A stretch of DNA of 64,000 nt, taken from contig NW_026974140.1 in NCBI RefSeq assembly GCF_037042905.1, forward strand, positions 746,001-810,000, written 5' to 3'. Below, piece by piece: positions 49,661 to 63,688 of this stretch. Positions within the stretch are counted from its first letter, which is position 1; each line of letters begins with the position of its first letter. Below the pieces are notes generated by a model, which ran no database searches, was not told where the DNA came from, and saw nothing but the letters and a program-made list of their open reading frames with translations. The stretch is from Lytechinus pictus. Lineage: Eukaryota. The position numbers and the translations under genes were made by a program.

Positions 49661-51139
49661 TTGAAGTTATATTTGATATTTGATTACAATTTCAACGAAA
49701 AAGCTTTATTCTTGGAGATCATTGTGCCTCTGTTATGTATTAATGTGTATTTATACATGTACAATTGTATGTATTGGTATAACAAACATTGTAATTTCAT
49801 TCCTTTAACCCTAATACTGCATTTTCATAGTAAAGTGTTTTTTTCTCAATCTATTTAGAGTTTTCAACCTTTTGTTTTCCTTTTTTTTTTGCTGGTAATA
49901 TCATGTTATGCAACTTTTATTTATCATTAGAATATTCGCTACGATTTCGTAATTGAAATGCGTACATGTATTTGATTTCGTTTTCCATTTTTGTATATAT
50001 TCTTTTTCGGGGGGGTGGGGGTCATGTTCTTGAGACTGAGACAAGTTATGCAAGGCCCTAGCATGGAAGATCATTATATTGTTACTGGGAATGCTGGACA
50101 TTGTCAGACCACCTCAGTATTCACCAAATATAGATAATCCTCAATGAAAAGGTCTTTGAAGTGATGTGTGTATGTACATTGCATGTATAATTTAATGTTT
50201 AGGTCATTATTACGTCAGAATACGTTCAGATATAATAGTTGACTCCAAAAGTCGTCATATTAATTTCAATATGCGACGTCAATATGACATATATTACTAG
50301 CAATATGCTACAAAGTCGTAATTCAGACGTCGTAGTTGACTTATAAAGACGTCATAATTACATCAATATGACGTCTGAAATTGGTCAGGAATATGTTGCA
50401 AAGTTGTCATTAAGACGTCGTGGTTGACTCTCGAAGACGTCATAATTACGTTAATACACGACGTCAATCTGACCCTTGATACTGGTCAGGAAATTGTAAA
50501 AACGTTGCAATGACGTCATTAGGACGTCGTAGTCACTCTTAGAGACGTCATAATGACGTAAATATACGACGTAATAATGACGTTATTCGCGGGTGCAAGA
50601 TCCCGTCTTTAAGACTTCATGTTACGACGTCAATATGACGTGAGACTCGTCGTAAAAATGACGTAAATATAACGTCATTTTTACCAGTTTCTGCTATCAG
50701 GGATATTACTTATTGATGCAGACGCATCCACTTAATTATTCTTTTGCCTTATAATTGGCTCCTTATAGAAGTTATATGATGGATTTTTATATCTTTTTTA
50801 TACCCACGATGTTTATAATTTTGTACCAAATTACCTTAATTACAAGAGCAATTTCTTCTTCACATATTTCCTTTTCTGCCAACATTATTTTCTTTCTCCA
50901 ACCTTCTTGTGGGCATGACTTTACTGTGTGTACCAACCGACTTGCAATTGACGTTCAATATGTATTCATTTTGTTTGCACTCATTCAATTTGCAACAACA
51001 ATTTTCACAGGTTTCGTTATCTTTCCAATGGCCAAAGCTGCAATACACATAGCATGTAACCTAATATATTTTAATGACATTTGTCAAATTAGGTATCAGT
51101 CTGGATTAAAATTCCTACATGATAAAGCGACGAATTTTT

Positions 51140-53850
51140 ACTTTGATGACGAGTGAACCTATACAAGAATTCAGTGAACTACTACATAATCGAATATATT
51201 GTTACATGTGTAAGCAAATATGTCGGAACCATGACTGGAACGAATATTTTTCTTGTTGTAAACACTGTCTTGAACACTTATTTCCTTTCAACCAGTTGAA
51301 TGATAACGAGCTCGATGATGTAATAATTTGATAAAATTTCTCATTTACATTTTTATCCTTTTTGGCGCATGAAAGCATTGTCCCAAATGACGATGTTGAC
51401 CCAGATTTCCAGTTCTATACTGAGAGTTCAAATGACTCTCGGTACTATTGTTATGAAGAATTTCATACAAACTTTGAAAATATTGGTGTCCCGAGCAGCG
51501 GTAAATTTTCAAGCATTCACTTTAATGCTAGAAGTCTTTTGAATTATTTTGATGACATTTCAAGCTGCATTAACTCTTTGAAATTTACATTTGATATGAT
51601 TGCCATATCCGAAACCTGGCTAAGATTCGAAAGTCCCCTTGTTTATATGCCCAAATACTCGTTCGTTTGCAATAATAGGAAATATTCCAGAGGTGGTGGA
51701 GTTGGAATGTATATCCATGATTCTTTTAAATTCTTAGTATGCACTGACCTCAATTTAAGCGAAGCAACATCCGATTCTTTATTCATCGAACTGGAACAGT
51801 GCTCAGGGAAAAATATAATTGTAGGAACCTTGTATAGAGCCCCATCGTTGGACATCAATTCATTTATTGAGGAGTTTGATAGCCTTTTGATCCGTATTTC
51901 CAAGGAAAATAATAGGGTATTTTTGACGGGCGACTTAAACATAGATATTTTAAAACACAACTCAATTCTCAAAGTAAGAACTTTGTAAACTGTCTTTTCA
52001 GTAAGTTTTGTCTCCCTATAATTCACAGCCCACAATAATTACTAAGACAAGTACCACCCTTTTAGATAATTTTCTGACAAATCAATTTGACTTAGATACT
52101 AAAGGTGGAGTGATATACTCTGACGTGTCAGATCACTTGCCAATATTTCATGTAACTTACATGAATGTTAGTAAAACTAAATCGACAAATCGTTACGTAC
52201 TCCGTAGGTCTTTTACAACACAAAAAATTGCGAAATTCAAAAACTAAATCAAAATTCAATTTGGGATGATTTTTTTTTATATGCAGGATGCTGATCAATC
52301 ATATGACATATTCATAACCAAATTTACTACATTGTATAATAACAATTTTCCATAAAAAAAAACCCAGTAAGAAAATTAAACTGAAATGCTTGATGACCGA
52401 TGGTTTGCTTCAATTTATTCCACATAAAAACAATCTATTTAAAAATATATCCATAAACCAACAGTTAGAAATGAAATTCAATACAAGGATTCTCTTAAAC
52501 AAGTGAACTATTTGAAACGGCAGGCTAAAAACATTATTAGAAATCTAAATTTGAAGAATATAGAAATAATATAAACCGTACGTGGCAAATGATCAAATCA
52601 ATATTAGATAAAAGAAGAAAATCAACCTCCAACACCATAGTTTGTGATGAAGGTCGGTCGTCAGACCCATTCCAAATAGCAAATACTTTCAATATTTTTT
52701 TCGTTGAAATAGGTCCAAAGTTAGCTAATATCACTCCTCAAATGATACAGATTCCAAAACTTATCTATCTTAACCAAATTCAAAATCTTTGTTTTTAAAT
52801 CCGGTAAGCCCACGTGAAATAAGTAACATTGTCATGCGTTTCGATAACAATAAAGCCCCGGGTCTTGATGAATGCTCACCCAAGATTGTTAAACCTTTAT
52901 GTCATATATTCAATTTATCGTTAACCTCGGGGGTATTTTTCTGACAAAATGAAAATTGCTCGAGTTTCTCCAATTTTTAAAACTGGTGACAAAGAGCAGT
53001 TGGGTAATTATAGGCCCAAATCAGTGCTTTCTATTTTTCTAAAGTATTGGAAAAGATCATTTATAAAAGGGCTTATAGTTTTCTTAAAAATAACAAGTGT
53101 CTTTTTGAATCTCAATACGGATTTCGTAGTGACCACTCAGCAGAACTAGCTATTCTTGAATTAACAAATACGATAATTGACTCCTTTGAGCACGACTCAT
53201 TCGCAATAGGGATATTTATTGACTTGTCAAAGGCGTTTGACACAATTAATCATAATATACTTTTATCAAAACTAAATAACTATGGTATTCGTGGAATTGC
53301 CCTCGTCCTTTTTTCTAGTTACCTCTCAAATCGTAAACAATGCACCATTTATGACTCTGTTCAGTCTCAACTAAATTGAATGTGTAGTACCACAAGGATC
53401 ATTACTTGGCCCACTTTTGTTTATTTTATGTATTAATGACATTTATCGTTCGTCAAATCTCCTTTCCTTTATTATGTACGCCGACGATACCAATATTGTT
53501 TATTTTGATAAAAATCTTTATCACTTATGTGAAACTGTAAATACTGAACTAACAAATGTTTGTAAATGGTTTTGTGCAAACAAGCTTACCATTAACTATA
53601 AAAAATGCAATTACATTATATTCCGTAACTCCACAAGGCGTATTGATCTTGATCATGTAGTGGTGAAGCTTAACAACCAAATTGTTCCCAGAGTTGAAAA
53701 TACTAGGTTTCTTGGCGTTATCATTGATAGTAATTTAACATGCATACATCACATAAATGAAATTGAGTACAAAGTCGCAAAAATACTGGAATAATACATC
53801 GCCTGAGTTTTTACTTGCCTAAAACTTAATTGCGTACATTGTATGTATGA
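51140..53850 (+). pseudogene. CR1/L2-group LINE ORF2 (Cys-rich remnant, APE, RT), decayed and 3'-truncated
   Basis: CKHCLEHLFPFN, HFNARSL, SETWL, GGGVGMYI, GDLNID, SDHLPI, QYGFR, FIDLSKAFDTINH, YADDT, FLGVIID. Confidence 0.95.
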
Positions 53851-55980
53851 TAAACTTACCATATTTGTTGTATTTTTTCATACTATGAACATGTGCGTTA
53901 TTATTAAATTGAATTGCCTTCATACATTTCTTTTTATATTTGCCAACTTGGCCAAATTTTCATGTGATTTTAAATTCAAGATTACAAACAGTTAATTTAT
54001 ACATCCAGAATATCACATCTGTATTGCTCATCCAAAACCCTTTTTTCAACAGGAAGAGGCACTCTGAGGATTGGTGGTGTTTTAATTACTTTTAGCATTT
54101 GATCTTTTTTCTACTCGGCTTCATTTGCATACTTGTCAAAAGGAACAAAAAATGCGGACATTTTTTTCTGCATGTTCCTATCAATGTAAAAGTGCTCTAT
54201 CAATTTCATACAATCAGAAAGTTTACAAGATAGACATGTATGATATCGAATAACATTAATTCATATCTTGTGCTTCGAAAAAAAAATTAGGAATGATTTG
54301 TTGAGAATCACCTAAATTCTGTCAACATATTATTGCATCTTTTAAGCATTAACTAAAAATTATGAATTTTTAAATATATTGTGTTTATAAGTAATAGAAA
54401 CCTACATGTACACCCAATGTATCAAACTATTGTATCAAACTTTTTATCAAACTTATTGTAGCTTGCCAGCAGGCTTGTGACCAGAGAATATTTGAAAGGT
54501 AAAGCTTTCCTTTGAACATTTGACAATATGTTGGAGTGGAACATTTATATTATATGTATGATACACTTACCATATATTTTTAATTATTATTTTTTCAAAT
54601 GTGATTAGCAAATTAAATTTCTTTTTGTACATTTCTTTAATGATATCTGCAAACTTGGTTATTCTTGAGTGACTTGAAATTGAAGATTACAAACAGTCAA
54701 GTTATACATCCACAATGTCACATCTGTATTGCACATCCAAAGCCATTTTCGACAAGAAGAGGCAGTTTGTTATTAAAATTGGTGGTGTTTTAATTACTTT
54801 TAACATTTGATCTTTTCCCCACTTGGTCTCATTTGCATTTACTATCATTGTATAGGGTACATTCATTCAGTGTACTAGTCATATATGTACATCATTGTTA
54901 AAGCCGAAAAATACAAAAATATAAACAATTTTTTTATGCATGTTCCTATGAATTAAATTTCTTTTTGTACATTTCTTTAATGATATCTGCAAACTTGGTT
55001 ATTCTTGTGTGACTTGAAATTGAAGATTACAAATAGTCAAGTTATACATCCACAACATCACATCTGTATTGCACATCCAAAACCATTTTCGACAACAAGA
55101 GGCAGTTTGATAAATTGGTGGTGTTTTAATTACTTTTAACATTTGATCTTTTCCCCACTTGGTCTCATTTGCATTTACTATCATTGTATAGGGTACATTC
55201 ATTCAGTGTACTAGTCATATATGTACATCATTGTTAAAGCAAAAAAATACAAACATATAAACATTTTTTTCTGCATGTTCCTATCAGTGTTGTAAATATG
55301 GTTCATTATTTTATACAATCATAAGGTTTAAAAGATATGTATGTCTACTAATTAAATAACCCAATTCATGTCCTGTCCTTTGAAAATGTGTTTAAAAAGC
55401 ATACTTGAAGGAAAATGAGTTGATGTAAACACATATTCTGTCAACTGATTGTTGCATTTTATAAGCATCAACTTTAATTAATGATATCTGCAAACTTGGT
55501 TATTCTTGTGTGACTTGAAATTGAAGATTACAAACAGTTAAGTTATACATCCACAATATCACATCTGTATTGCACATCCAAAACCATTTTCGACAACAAG
55601 AGGCAGTTTGATAAATTGGTGGTGTTTTAATTACTTTTAACATTTGATCTTTTCCCCACTTGGTCTCATTTGCATTTACTATCATTGTATAGGGTACGTT
55701 CATTCAGTGTACTAGTCATACATGTACATCATTGTTAAAGCAAAAAAATACAAACATATAAACATTTTTTTCTGCATGTTCCTATCAATGTTGTAAATAT
55801 GGTTCATTATTTTATACAATCATAAGGTTTAAAAGATAGGTATGTCTACTAATTAAATAACCCAATTCATGTCCTGTCCTTTGAAAATGTGTTTAAAAAG
55901 CATACTTGAAGGAAAATGAGTTGATGTAAACACATATTCTGTCAACTGATTGTTGCATTTTATAAGCATCAACTTTAATT
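53850..55980. repeat. Tandem array of about 4 related units; youngest pair has a 501-bp period
   Basis: AAGATTACAAA..CACATCTGTATTGC core near 53980, 54685, 55025 and 55525. Near-identical ORFs at 54999 and 55500. Confidence 0.9.
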
Positions 55981-55989
55981 TTTTGATTT

Positions 55990-56643
55990 AGTAAATATAA
56001 TATTTTTTTTTGTTTTTGCAACATCTTCCGATGTTTGTTGTTCAAAACCTTTACTGGGTGGAGGAATTTCTAGTTTGGCCTGTCTAATAAGCAAGTCTTC
56101 CTTGATTATGAACCCCCTGTCGGCAAGAATCACATCTCCTGGGTCAATCAAATTCAAGAAACCAGACTCCCTTGTGATATGTACATCTGTAGCTCTACCT
56201 CCCCGTGCATCTGATAAGAAACATATTAATCAATTTGGTGCTATTGCTTCAATAAATTTGACAGTGTTATGACGCTTGTAATCAGACCATGTCTGTGCTT
56301 GAAGACGCAAATGGCCGTTCTATAAAAATTTATGTGCAATCAACAGTACACCTTATATTTTTTTATTTCTTTTTAAGATAAGCTGGAATGTTTTTTCGCA
56401 CTGCTTGAACATCTGTCCAATGTACAAGGCTTTTCAACTCTTCTGCAAGAAATTGAATCAAGGTGTTGAATACCTGAGAAGCTGTGCTAGATGATACCTG
56501 AAACAAGCTACAAAAAAAATGCAATTGTCAATCCTAATCTCAGCCTCATTAGCACAAGTATGAATTCCTGCTTGGATGTGAGAGTTTTTGCTGGTCCTGG
56601 ATTTTGTTGTGTGCATTTGCGCTTTGGTGTAGAACTAGTCTAG
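55990..56643 (-). pseudogene. ISL2EU/Harbinger-type DDE transposase (HTH_Tnp_4 plus DDE_Tnp_4), decayed
   Basis: GPAKTLTSKQEFILVLMRLRLGL, RCTVDCT, QAQTWSDYKRHNTVKF, GGRATDVHI, GDVILADRGF, LEIPPP. Confidence 0.9.
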
Positions 56644-59600
56644 GAGATAGGGGGCTTTATTCAGATTTTTGGGTTGGGAAGGTTTGACAGGCTTATCCAG
56701 GGTAAAATTGTGCGCTGATTCTAAAAATGTCACTCGTATTGGCCGTACTCACGCCATTTTGGCAATTTTTTAAACCAAAATTGACCTTTTTGACCACTCT
56801 TTGGAAAATGGTCCTTTAACAGAATAGTTTTGTAGCCACATGCAATTAAAAGGGTCTATCTTAAGTAAAAATGCACCCACATTCCAGATAAAGTGGTTTC
56901 ATTTGCCAAATCACAATAGCAGTGGTCATTTTGGTCATGTTTTGGCACAAAATGACAATTTTCATTTTGTCCGAAATGTGTTACAACTAATGATCAGAGC
57001 TACGATTGGATGTCTTTAGAAATCTACATTTCTTTTCAAAATGTGCGTTGGATCATAATGATCAACCTCAAGTAATTGATTCCGTCGGTTTTTACCTATG
57101 AGGGTCATTTTGGGTACTTTAGACATAACTGACCATTCGCGCAGTTTTGCATTATTAACTGTTCAAATAGGCAGGAAATTGAGGTCTTCACCATGTTTTA
57201 TCTTCTTCCCTTATAAAATGAGAATGCATTCAAAATTCTTCTTGTTAAGAATTTTATGCTGATCCCACATATATCAGTCTTAACGACCCTATTTAATAGC
57301 TTAAGGTAATTTTGGCCACTTATGGCCCTTAAAATGGCCAATAAAATTCGTTTAATTTATCCAAAAATACTTCGAATGTTACCAGAATCGTAACAAGGGT
57401 GTGCTGTGACACCTAACACTGGTGAATGAATCCTTAAACTTGAGCATCCCCAAAGTTGACTACCTTGGTCATTTTGGCCACCTTGATCTCCCGGGATTGA
57501 GCCCTGCTCTTTGTTTATGTTAATTCAGGCAATATCGAACGTAATGAGGATAAATTTATGATTGCGTTAATTTTAGCATCAATTATTGTTAAATGGGGAA
57601 AGTTTGAAAGCTTCTGTGTGGAAATCAATGGAACGATTCCATTCCTATTGGATCCTGTGGTCATTTTGACCATATTGACTAGTGACCACACATGCTTTGA
57701 TGATTTAAAAAGGGCTCAAATGTTGGTCAGTATCATTATCAGCATGAGCTACCATAAATCGGTGAAGAGTGTTGATAAATGTGATAAAATCCTTTACATC
57801 GAGCATACATAAGGTTGTTTGACCACGCACTGTGTTCATTTATATTATTTTAGCCCCTTGACCACACAGTAAATGTTTTTGGAAACCTCAAATATATGGG
57901 GCAGCAAATTCAGGAAAGACACATGTTACCAACATTTACATGTAATGTTAAGACATTTTTCTAGATTGATGTAGATTTATGATTCCAAATATATCAGTTT
58001 TAACGACCATTTATGGGCTAGTGGTCATTTTGGTCGCTTTTGGTTCCAACAATGACCAATCACATCTGCATGTATCAAAAAGGATTTAAATGTTGTTGTC
58101 GCTCCGTATTGTTAATAAGATGTATTATTGATTTCAATATGATATTACTAATATTTCATAATCAAAATGTTGTAACCATTTTGACCATTTATCCCATGTA
58201 TGACTTTTTTAAATAAACATGACTGAGGAGCAATTGTAGAAATGCGTTCAGTCCCTTTCGATTGGAAATATTAAAAGCTCACCTGAGTAAAAAAATTATG
58301 CCAAATACCTCACCACTTTCTAATACGGCCCAATTGGTCAATGTATGGTCCTTGAATAGCCATAGCATCATTCCCTCCTTTTTAATTTACATTATAAGAG
58401 AACTATGTTCTAAAGTAAGGCACTAATCCTCAATTCAAAGGTGCGTCATTACAAAGCAATTGGTCAAAGTGAATATCACGAATAGATTTGACCATGATGC
58501 AATTTTATTACTTTTGCCATTTTGTATAATGTTTCACAAACCTCACATTGGCATGATTGCTAAAGTTGAGAGTGGAAAACTTGCCCTAAATTGTTAAAGA
58601 GTGACCAAAAATCGTCACAGAGAATAATTTCATATAGAGAATGTGTTTTATTACCCAGTACTTCTTCAAAAGAATTAAGGGTAAATTTGCTGCTCACCAA
58701 CCATGCCAATGTGAGGTTTGCGAAGCATTGTACAAAAAAAAAAAAAGAACTTCACTGTGACCTATTTCGCTTTGTAAATTCTCAATACTATTTGACTTTA
58801 AAGAATGAAGATAATGCTGGCTATTAAGGACCATACAGTGACCAAAGGGGCCACAGTAGACAGTCGCAATATATTTGGCACAATTCTTACTCAAGGTTAG
58901 CCTTTTATATTTCCCATCAAAAGGGATTTAATGCATTTCATCAAGTTCATAAACCTACAATTGCTGCTCAGTCATGTTTATTTCAAAATTCACACATTGG
59001 ATAAACGGTCAAAGTAGCCAAAATTGTCACATGTTGATTATGTATTATTGGATATATCATATTGAATTAAATAATTTGTCACTGATTATAATTGATACAA
59101 AAAATCTTACAATAATACAGAGCAACAACATTGGAATACCTTTGATACATACAATTGTTATTGCTAATTTTAGGGACAAAAAGTGACCAAAATGACCACT
59201 AAATAGTCATTAAGACTGATATATTTGAAATCATTGTATTAATCTGATTCAGAAAGGTTTTGCGATATGTCTTATCGAACATTAAATGATGCTAATAATA
59301 TCTCATTCCTGAATTTGTTTCCATGAATATTTACAAAATGGTCAATGTGCCTAAAATCATGAAAATGACCACAGTGCGTGGTCAAACAACCTTGTGTATA
59401 CTTGATGTGAAGTTTTTTATCACATTCATTAAACTCTTGATTTTTTGTGTCGTATAGCTGATGATGATATTAAACAACACTTGAGCCCATTTTAAATCAA
59501 ATAATGTGTGGTCACTAGACATTATTGAGGAAAAAGTGATCATAATGCCAACAGGATCCAATAGTTCGGCCAATAACACTGGTTTATATGAACCATTGCA

Positions 59601-62600
59601 TTGATTTTCACCCAAAGGCTTTCAACTTTTCCCTTTTAACAATAATTGATGCTAATATTAACACAATTCTGAATTGTCTCCTCACCATGGTTGCTATAGG
59701 CTGATTAAGTATACACATTGGGCAGGGGACAATGTGGCCAAAATTACCGAGGTGGTCAAAATATTTTTGGACGCGCAATTTAAATGATTAATACACAAGT
59801 CTTAGGTGTCACAGCACACTCGTGTGACGATTTAGATTTAGATTTATTCATTGTAGTATACTAACGATTGTCATTCAAAGTATTTTGGGATAATTTGAAA
59901 TATTGAACAGATGGTAGTGGTCATTTGGGGGAGGGGCAAAAAGTGGCCGAAATCACCATAATCTGTTAAATGGGGTCATTAAGACTGACATATTTGGAAT
60001 CAACTTGAAATTCTACACAAGAAGGACCTATGCATCATTTCAATTTTATAAAGGAGGAAGATAAAGCACACTGAAGTCCTCAAATTCCTGCCGATTTACA
60101 CAGTTATTATGCACGAACGGTCAGTTATGTCTGAAATATCCAAAATGACCCTCATATGTCAAAAGTCAAAACTAATGAAATAAATTACATGAGGTCAAAA
60201 TATTTTTTTTTTGAAATGTTCATTTTAAAGGATTAATACAGCAATGTTACATGTCACAGCACACCCTTGTAACGATTCTGGTAACATTGAAGTATTTTTT
60301 TCGATAAATGGAACTTATGTTTATATTGGTAATTTTAGGCCATAAGTGGCCAAAATGACAATAAGGTGTTAATTAGGGTCATTAAGACTGACATATTTGG
60401 AATTAGCATAATATTCTATACAAGATGGACCTTTAAATACATTCCCATTAAAGGGATGAAGATAAAACACGCTGAAGATCTCAAATTCCCCAGTGTAAAG
60501 TGCTGTTTATTATGCAAAACTGCGAGAATGGTCAGTTATGTCTAAAGTACCCTAAATTACCCTCATATGTCAAAACTCATAGAATAAATTACATGAGGTT
60601 AAAATAATTTTGAGATGTTAAATTTGAAGGATTAATACACCAATGTAAGGTGTCACAGCACACCCTGTGACGATTCTGGTAACATTCGAAGTATTTTCGG
60701 GGTAAAAGTAACTGATGTTATTGGCCATTTTGAGGGTAATAAGTGGCCAAGATGACCATAAGCTATTGAATAGGGTCATTAAGACTGATATATTTGGAAT
60801 CAGCGTAATATTCTGCACAAGATTGACTTTTGAATGCATTCGCATTTTATATGGGAAGAAGATAAAACACGCTGAAGACCTCAAATCCCTGCCTACATGT
60901 ACATGAGCAGTTTATTATGCAAAACTGCGCGAATGGTCAGTTATGTCTAAAGTACCCAAAATGACCCTCATTGGTCAAAACTGATGGAATAAATTGCATG
61001 AGGTTGATTAATATGACCCAGCGCACATTCAAAAAAAAATGGATTTCTAAAGACATCCAATCGTAGCTCTGATCAATATTTGTATCACATTTCGAAAAAA
61101 AAATCATGAAAATGACCACTGCTTTTGTGATTTGGCAAATGAAACCACTTTATTTGGAATCTGGGTGCATTTTTTCACTAAAGATAGACCCTTTTAATTG
61201 GATGTGGCTACAAAAGCAATGAACATAGGTTTCAAATAGGGTCATTTAGACTGATATATTTGGAATCAGCATAGTATTCTACACAAGATGGATCATTAAA
61301 TGCATTCCCATTTTATAAGGGAAGAAAATAAAACATTCTGAAGACCTCAATTTCCTGCCTATATGAACAATTAATAAGGCAAAACTGCGCGAATGTCTAA
61401 AGTATGTCTAAAGTACCAAAAATCACCCTCATAGGTCAAAACTGACGGAATTAATTGCATTAAGTTGATTATTATGATCCAGCGCACATTTCGAGAAAAA
61501 AAAAAGTGGATTTCTAAAGACATCCATTTCCCATTTAACAATAATTGATGCTAACGCAATCGTAAATGTATCCTCATCACGTTCGATATTGCCTGAATTA
61601 ACATACACAAAGAGCAGGGCTCAATCCCGGGGGGTCAAGGTGGCCAAAATGACCGAGGTAGTCAACTTTGGGGATGCTCAAGTTTAAGGATTCATTCACC
61701 AGTGTTAGGTGTCACAGCACACCTTTGTTACGATTCTGGTAACATTCGAAGTATTTTGGGATAAATTGAACTAATTTTATTGGCCATTTTAAGGGCCATT
61801 AGTGGCCAAAATGGCCTTAAGCTATTGAATAGGGTCATTAAGGCTGATATATTATATGGGATCAGCATAAAATTCTTAACAAGAAGGACTTTTAAATGCA
61901 TTCTCATTTTATAAGGGAAGAAAATAAAACATGCTGAAGACCTCAATTTTCTGCCTATATGAACAGTTAATAAGGCAAAACTGCGCGAATGTCTAAAGTA
62001 TGTCTAAAGTACCAAAAATCACCCTCATAGGTCAAAACTGACGGAATTAATTGCATTAAGTTGATTATTATGATCCAGCGCACATTTCGAAAAAAAAAGT
62101 GGATTTCTAAAGACATCCATTTCCCATTTAACAATAATTGATGCTAACGCAATCGTTAATGTATCCTCATCACGTTCGATATTGCCTGAATTAACATACA
62201 CAAAGAGCAGGGCTCAATCCCGGGGGGTCAAGGTGGCCAAAATGACCGAGGTAGTCAACTTTGGGGATGCTCAAGTTTAAGGATTCATTCACCAGTGTTA
62301 GGTGTCACAGCACACCTTTGTTACGATTCTGGTAACATTCGAAGTATTTTGGGATAAATTGAACTAATTTTATTGGCCATTTTAAGGGCCATTAGTGGCC
62401 AAAATGGCCTTAAGCTATTGAATAGGGTCATTAAGGCTGATATATTATATGGGATCAGCATAAAATTCTTAACAAGAAGGACTTTTAAATGCATTCTCAT
62501 TTTATAAGGGAAGAAGATAAAACATGGTGAAGACCTCAATTTCCTGCCTATTTGAACAGTTAATAATTCAAAACTGCGCGAATGGTCAGTTATGTCTAAA

Positions 62601-63089
62601 GTACCCAAAATTACCATCATAGGTCAAAGCTGACAGAATTAATTACATGAGGTTGATCATTATGATCCAGCACACATTTTGAAAAAAAATGTGGATTTCT
62701 AAAGACATCCAATCGTAGCTCTGATCATTATTTGAAACACATTTCGGACAAAAAAATCATGAAAATTGTAAGTTTTTTGCCAAAACAGGGCTAAAATGTC
62801 CACTGCTATTGTGATTTGGCAAATGAAACCCTTTTTTATAAAATCTGGGTGCATTTTTACATAATATAGACCACTTTAATTGCTTGTGGCTACAAAAGCA
62901 TTATGTTAAGGGACCATTTTCCAAAGAGTGGTCAAAATGGTCATTTTTGGTTTAAAATTTTCCAAAATCATCAAAATGGCGTGAGTACGGTCAATAAGAG
63001 TGACATTTTTGGAATCAGCGCACAATTTTACTCCGGATAAGCTTGTCAAACCTTCCCCACCAAAAATTCAGAATAAAGCCCCCTATCTC
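56644..63089. mobile_element. 6.4-kb non-coding foldback element, Sola-like termini
   Basis: GAGATAGGGGGCTTTATTC / GAATAAAGCCCCCTATCTC, with about 0.9-kb high-identity inverted arms and older internal inverted copies. 4-bp flanks CTAG/ATAA are imperfect. Confidence 0.8.
61530..62710 (+). repeat. Recent 593-bp tandem duplication inside the right arm
   Basis: Near-identical units (ORF ends at 61728 and 62321). Older related units from about 59700. Confidence 0.9.
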
Positions 63090-63240
63090 ATAAACTAAAC
63101 ATAGCGATGATTCCTTCTTTGTCTCTAACCAATACCTCATTCTATTGACGGTGAAAAACTGTGAAGGCTTTTTAAAGCTCGTGGATAGTGTTGGTAAAGG
63201 ATACACAAATTACAGTTGAATTGATCTTTTCTATTGAATA
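63090..63240 (-). pseudogene. Upstream remnant of the ISL2EU/Harbinger transposase
   Basis: SIEKINS...PLPTLSTSF...RMRYWLETKK resembles the segment that precedes HTH_Tnp_4. It abuts the foldback terminus in the same orientation as 55990-56643. Confidence 0.55.
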
Positions 63241-63688
63241 ACAATTGCTGATGATGATTCAATGTGAAATTGACAGAATTTCGTCTTGGAAATATTAAAT
63301 TTTAAATAAACTCCGAGAAATAAAATCATTCTCCTCGGCTGAATTTATAAGACAGTTCGCTGAATTTATGCGCACTAATATTGCGCCCACTTTCGTCCTC
63401 GACTGATTCCCCCCCCCCCTGTTCGTTGATCACTAGCCGTTCCACTTTTAGCAAACCAAAATATCCCTGTGAGCGTAGTCTGCTAATTCCGTGTACGCTC
63501 GTCGATCATTGTTCCTTGGTTTTAGCATTGCCTCCGTCGAGTTTCTCCCCCAGCGAGTTCGGCGAGGAGCACAGGAAATCGTTGCGTTTTCGTTAGATTG
63601 GTTAGAGAATAAAAAAAAATATGTGGACTAACTTACCCTTATGCTGTCCCTCCAATCTGTAGTTCACATGTTACAGTAGTTTATTTTG

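Larger units (their letters stand above)
35003..50702. mobile_element. EnSpm/CACTA(CMC)-like non-autonomous shell inflated by nested insertions
   Basis: AT|CCCTGATAGCAGA ... TCTGCTATCAGGG|AT (2-bp TSD). GACGTC-rich subterminal repeats at 35020-35110, 42010-42335 and 50200-50685. Confidence 0.65.

Noticed and set aside
50755..51156. Hydrophobic and Cys-rich ORFs on both strands
   Set aside because: No recognisable motif. Possibly a transposon-gene remnant, but I cannot support a call.
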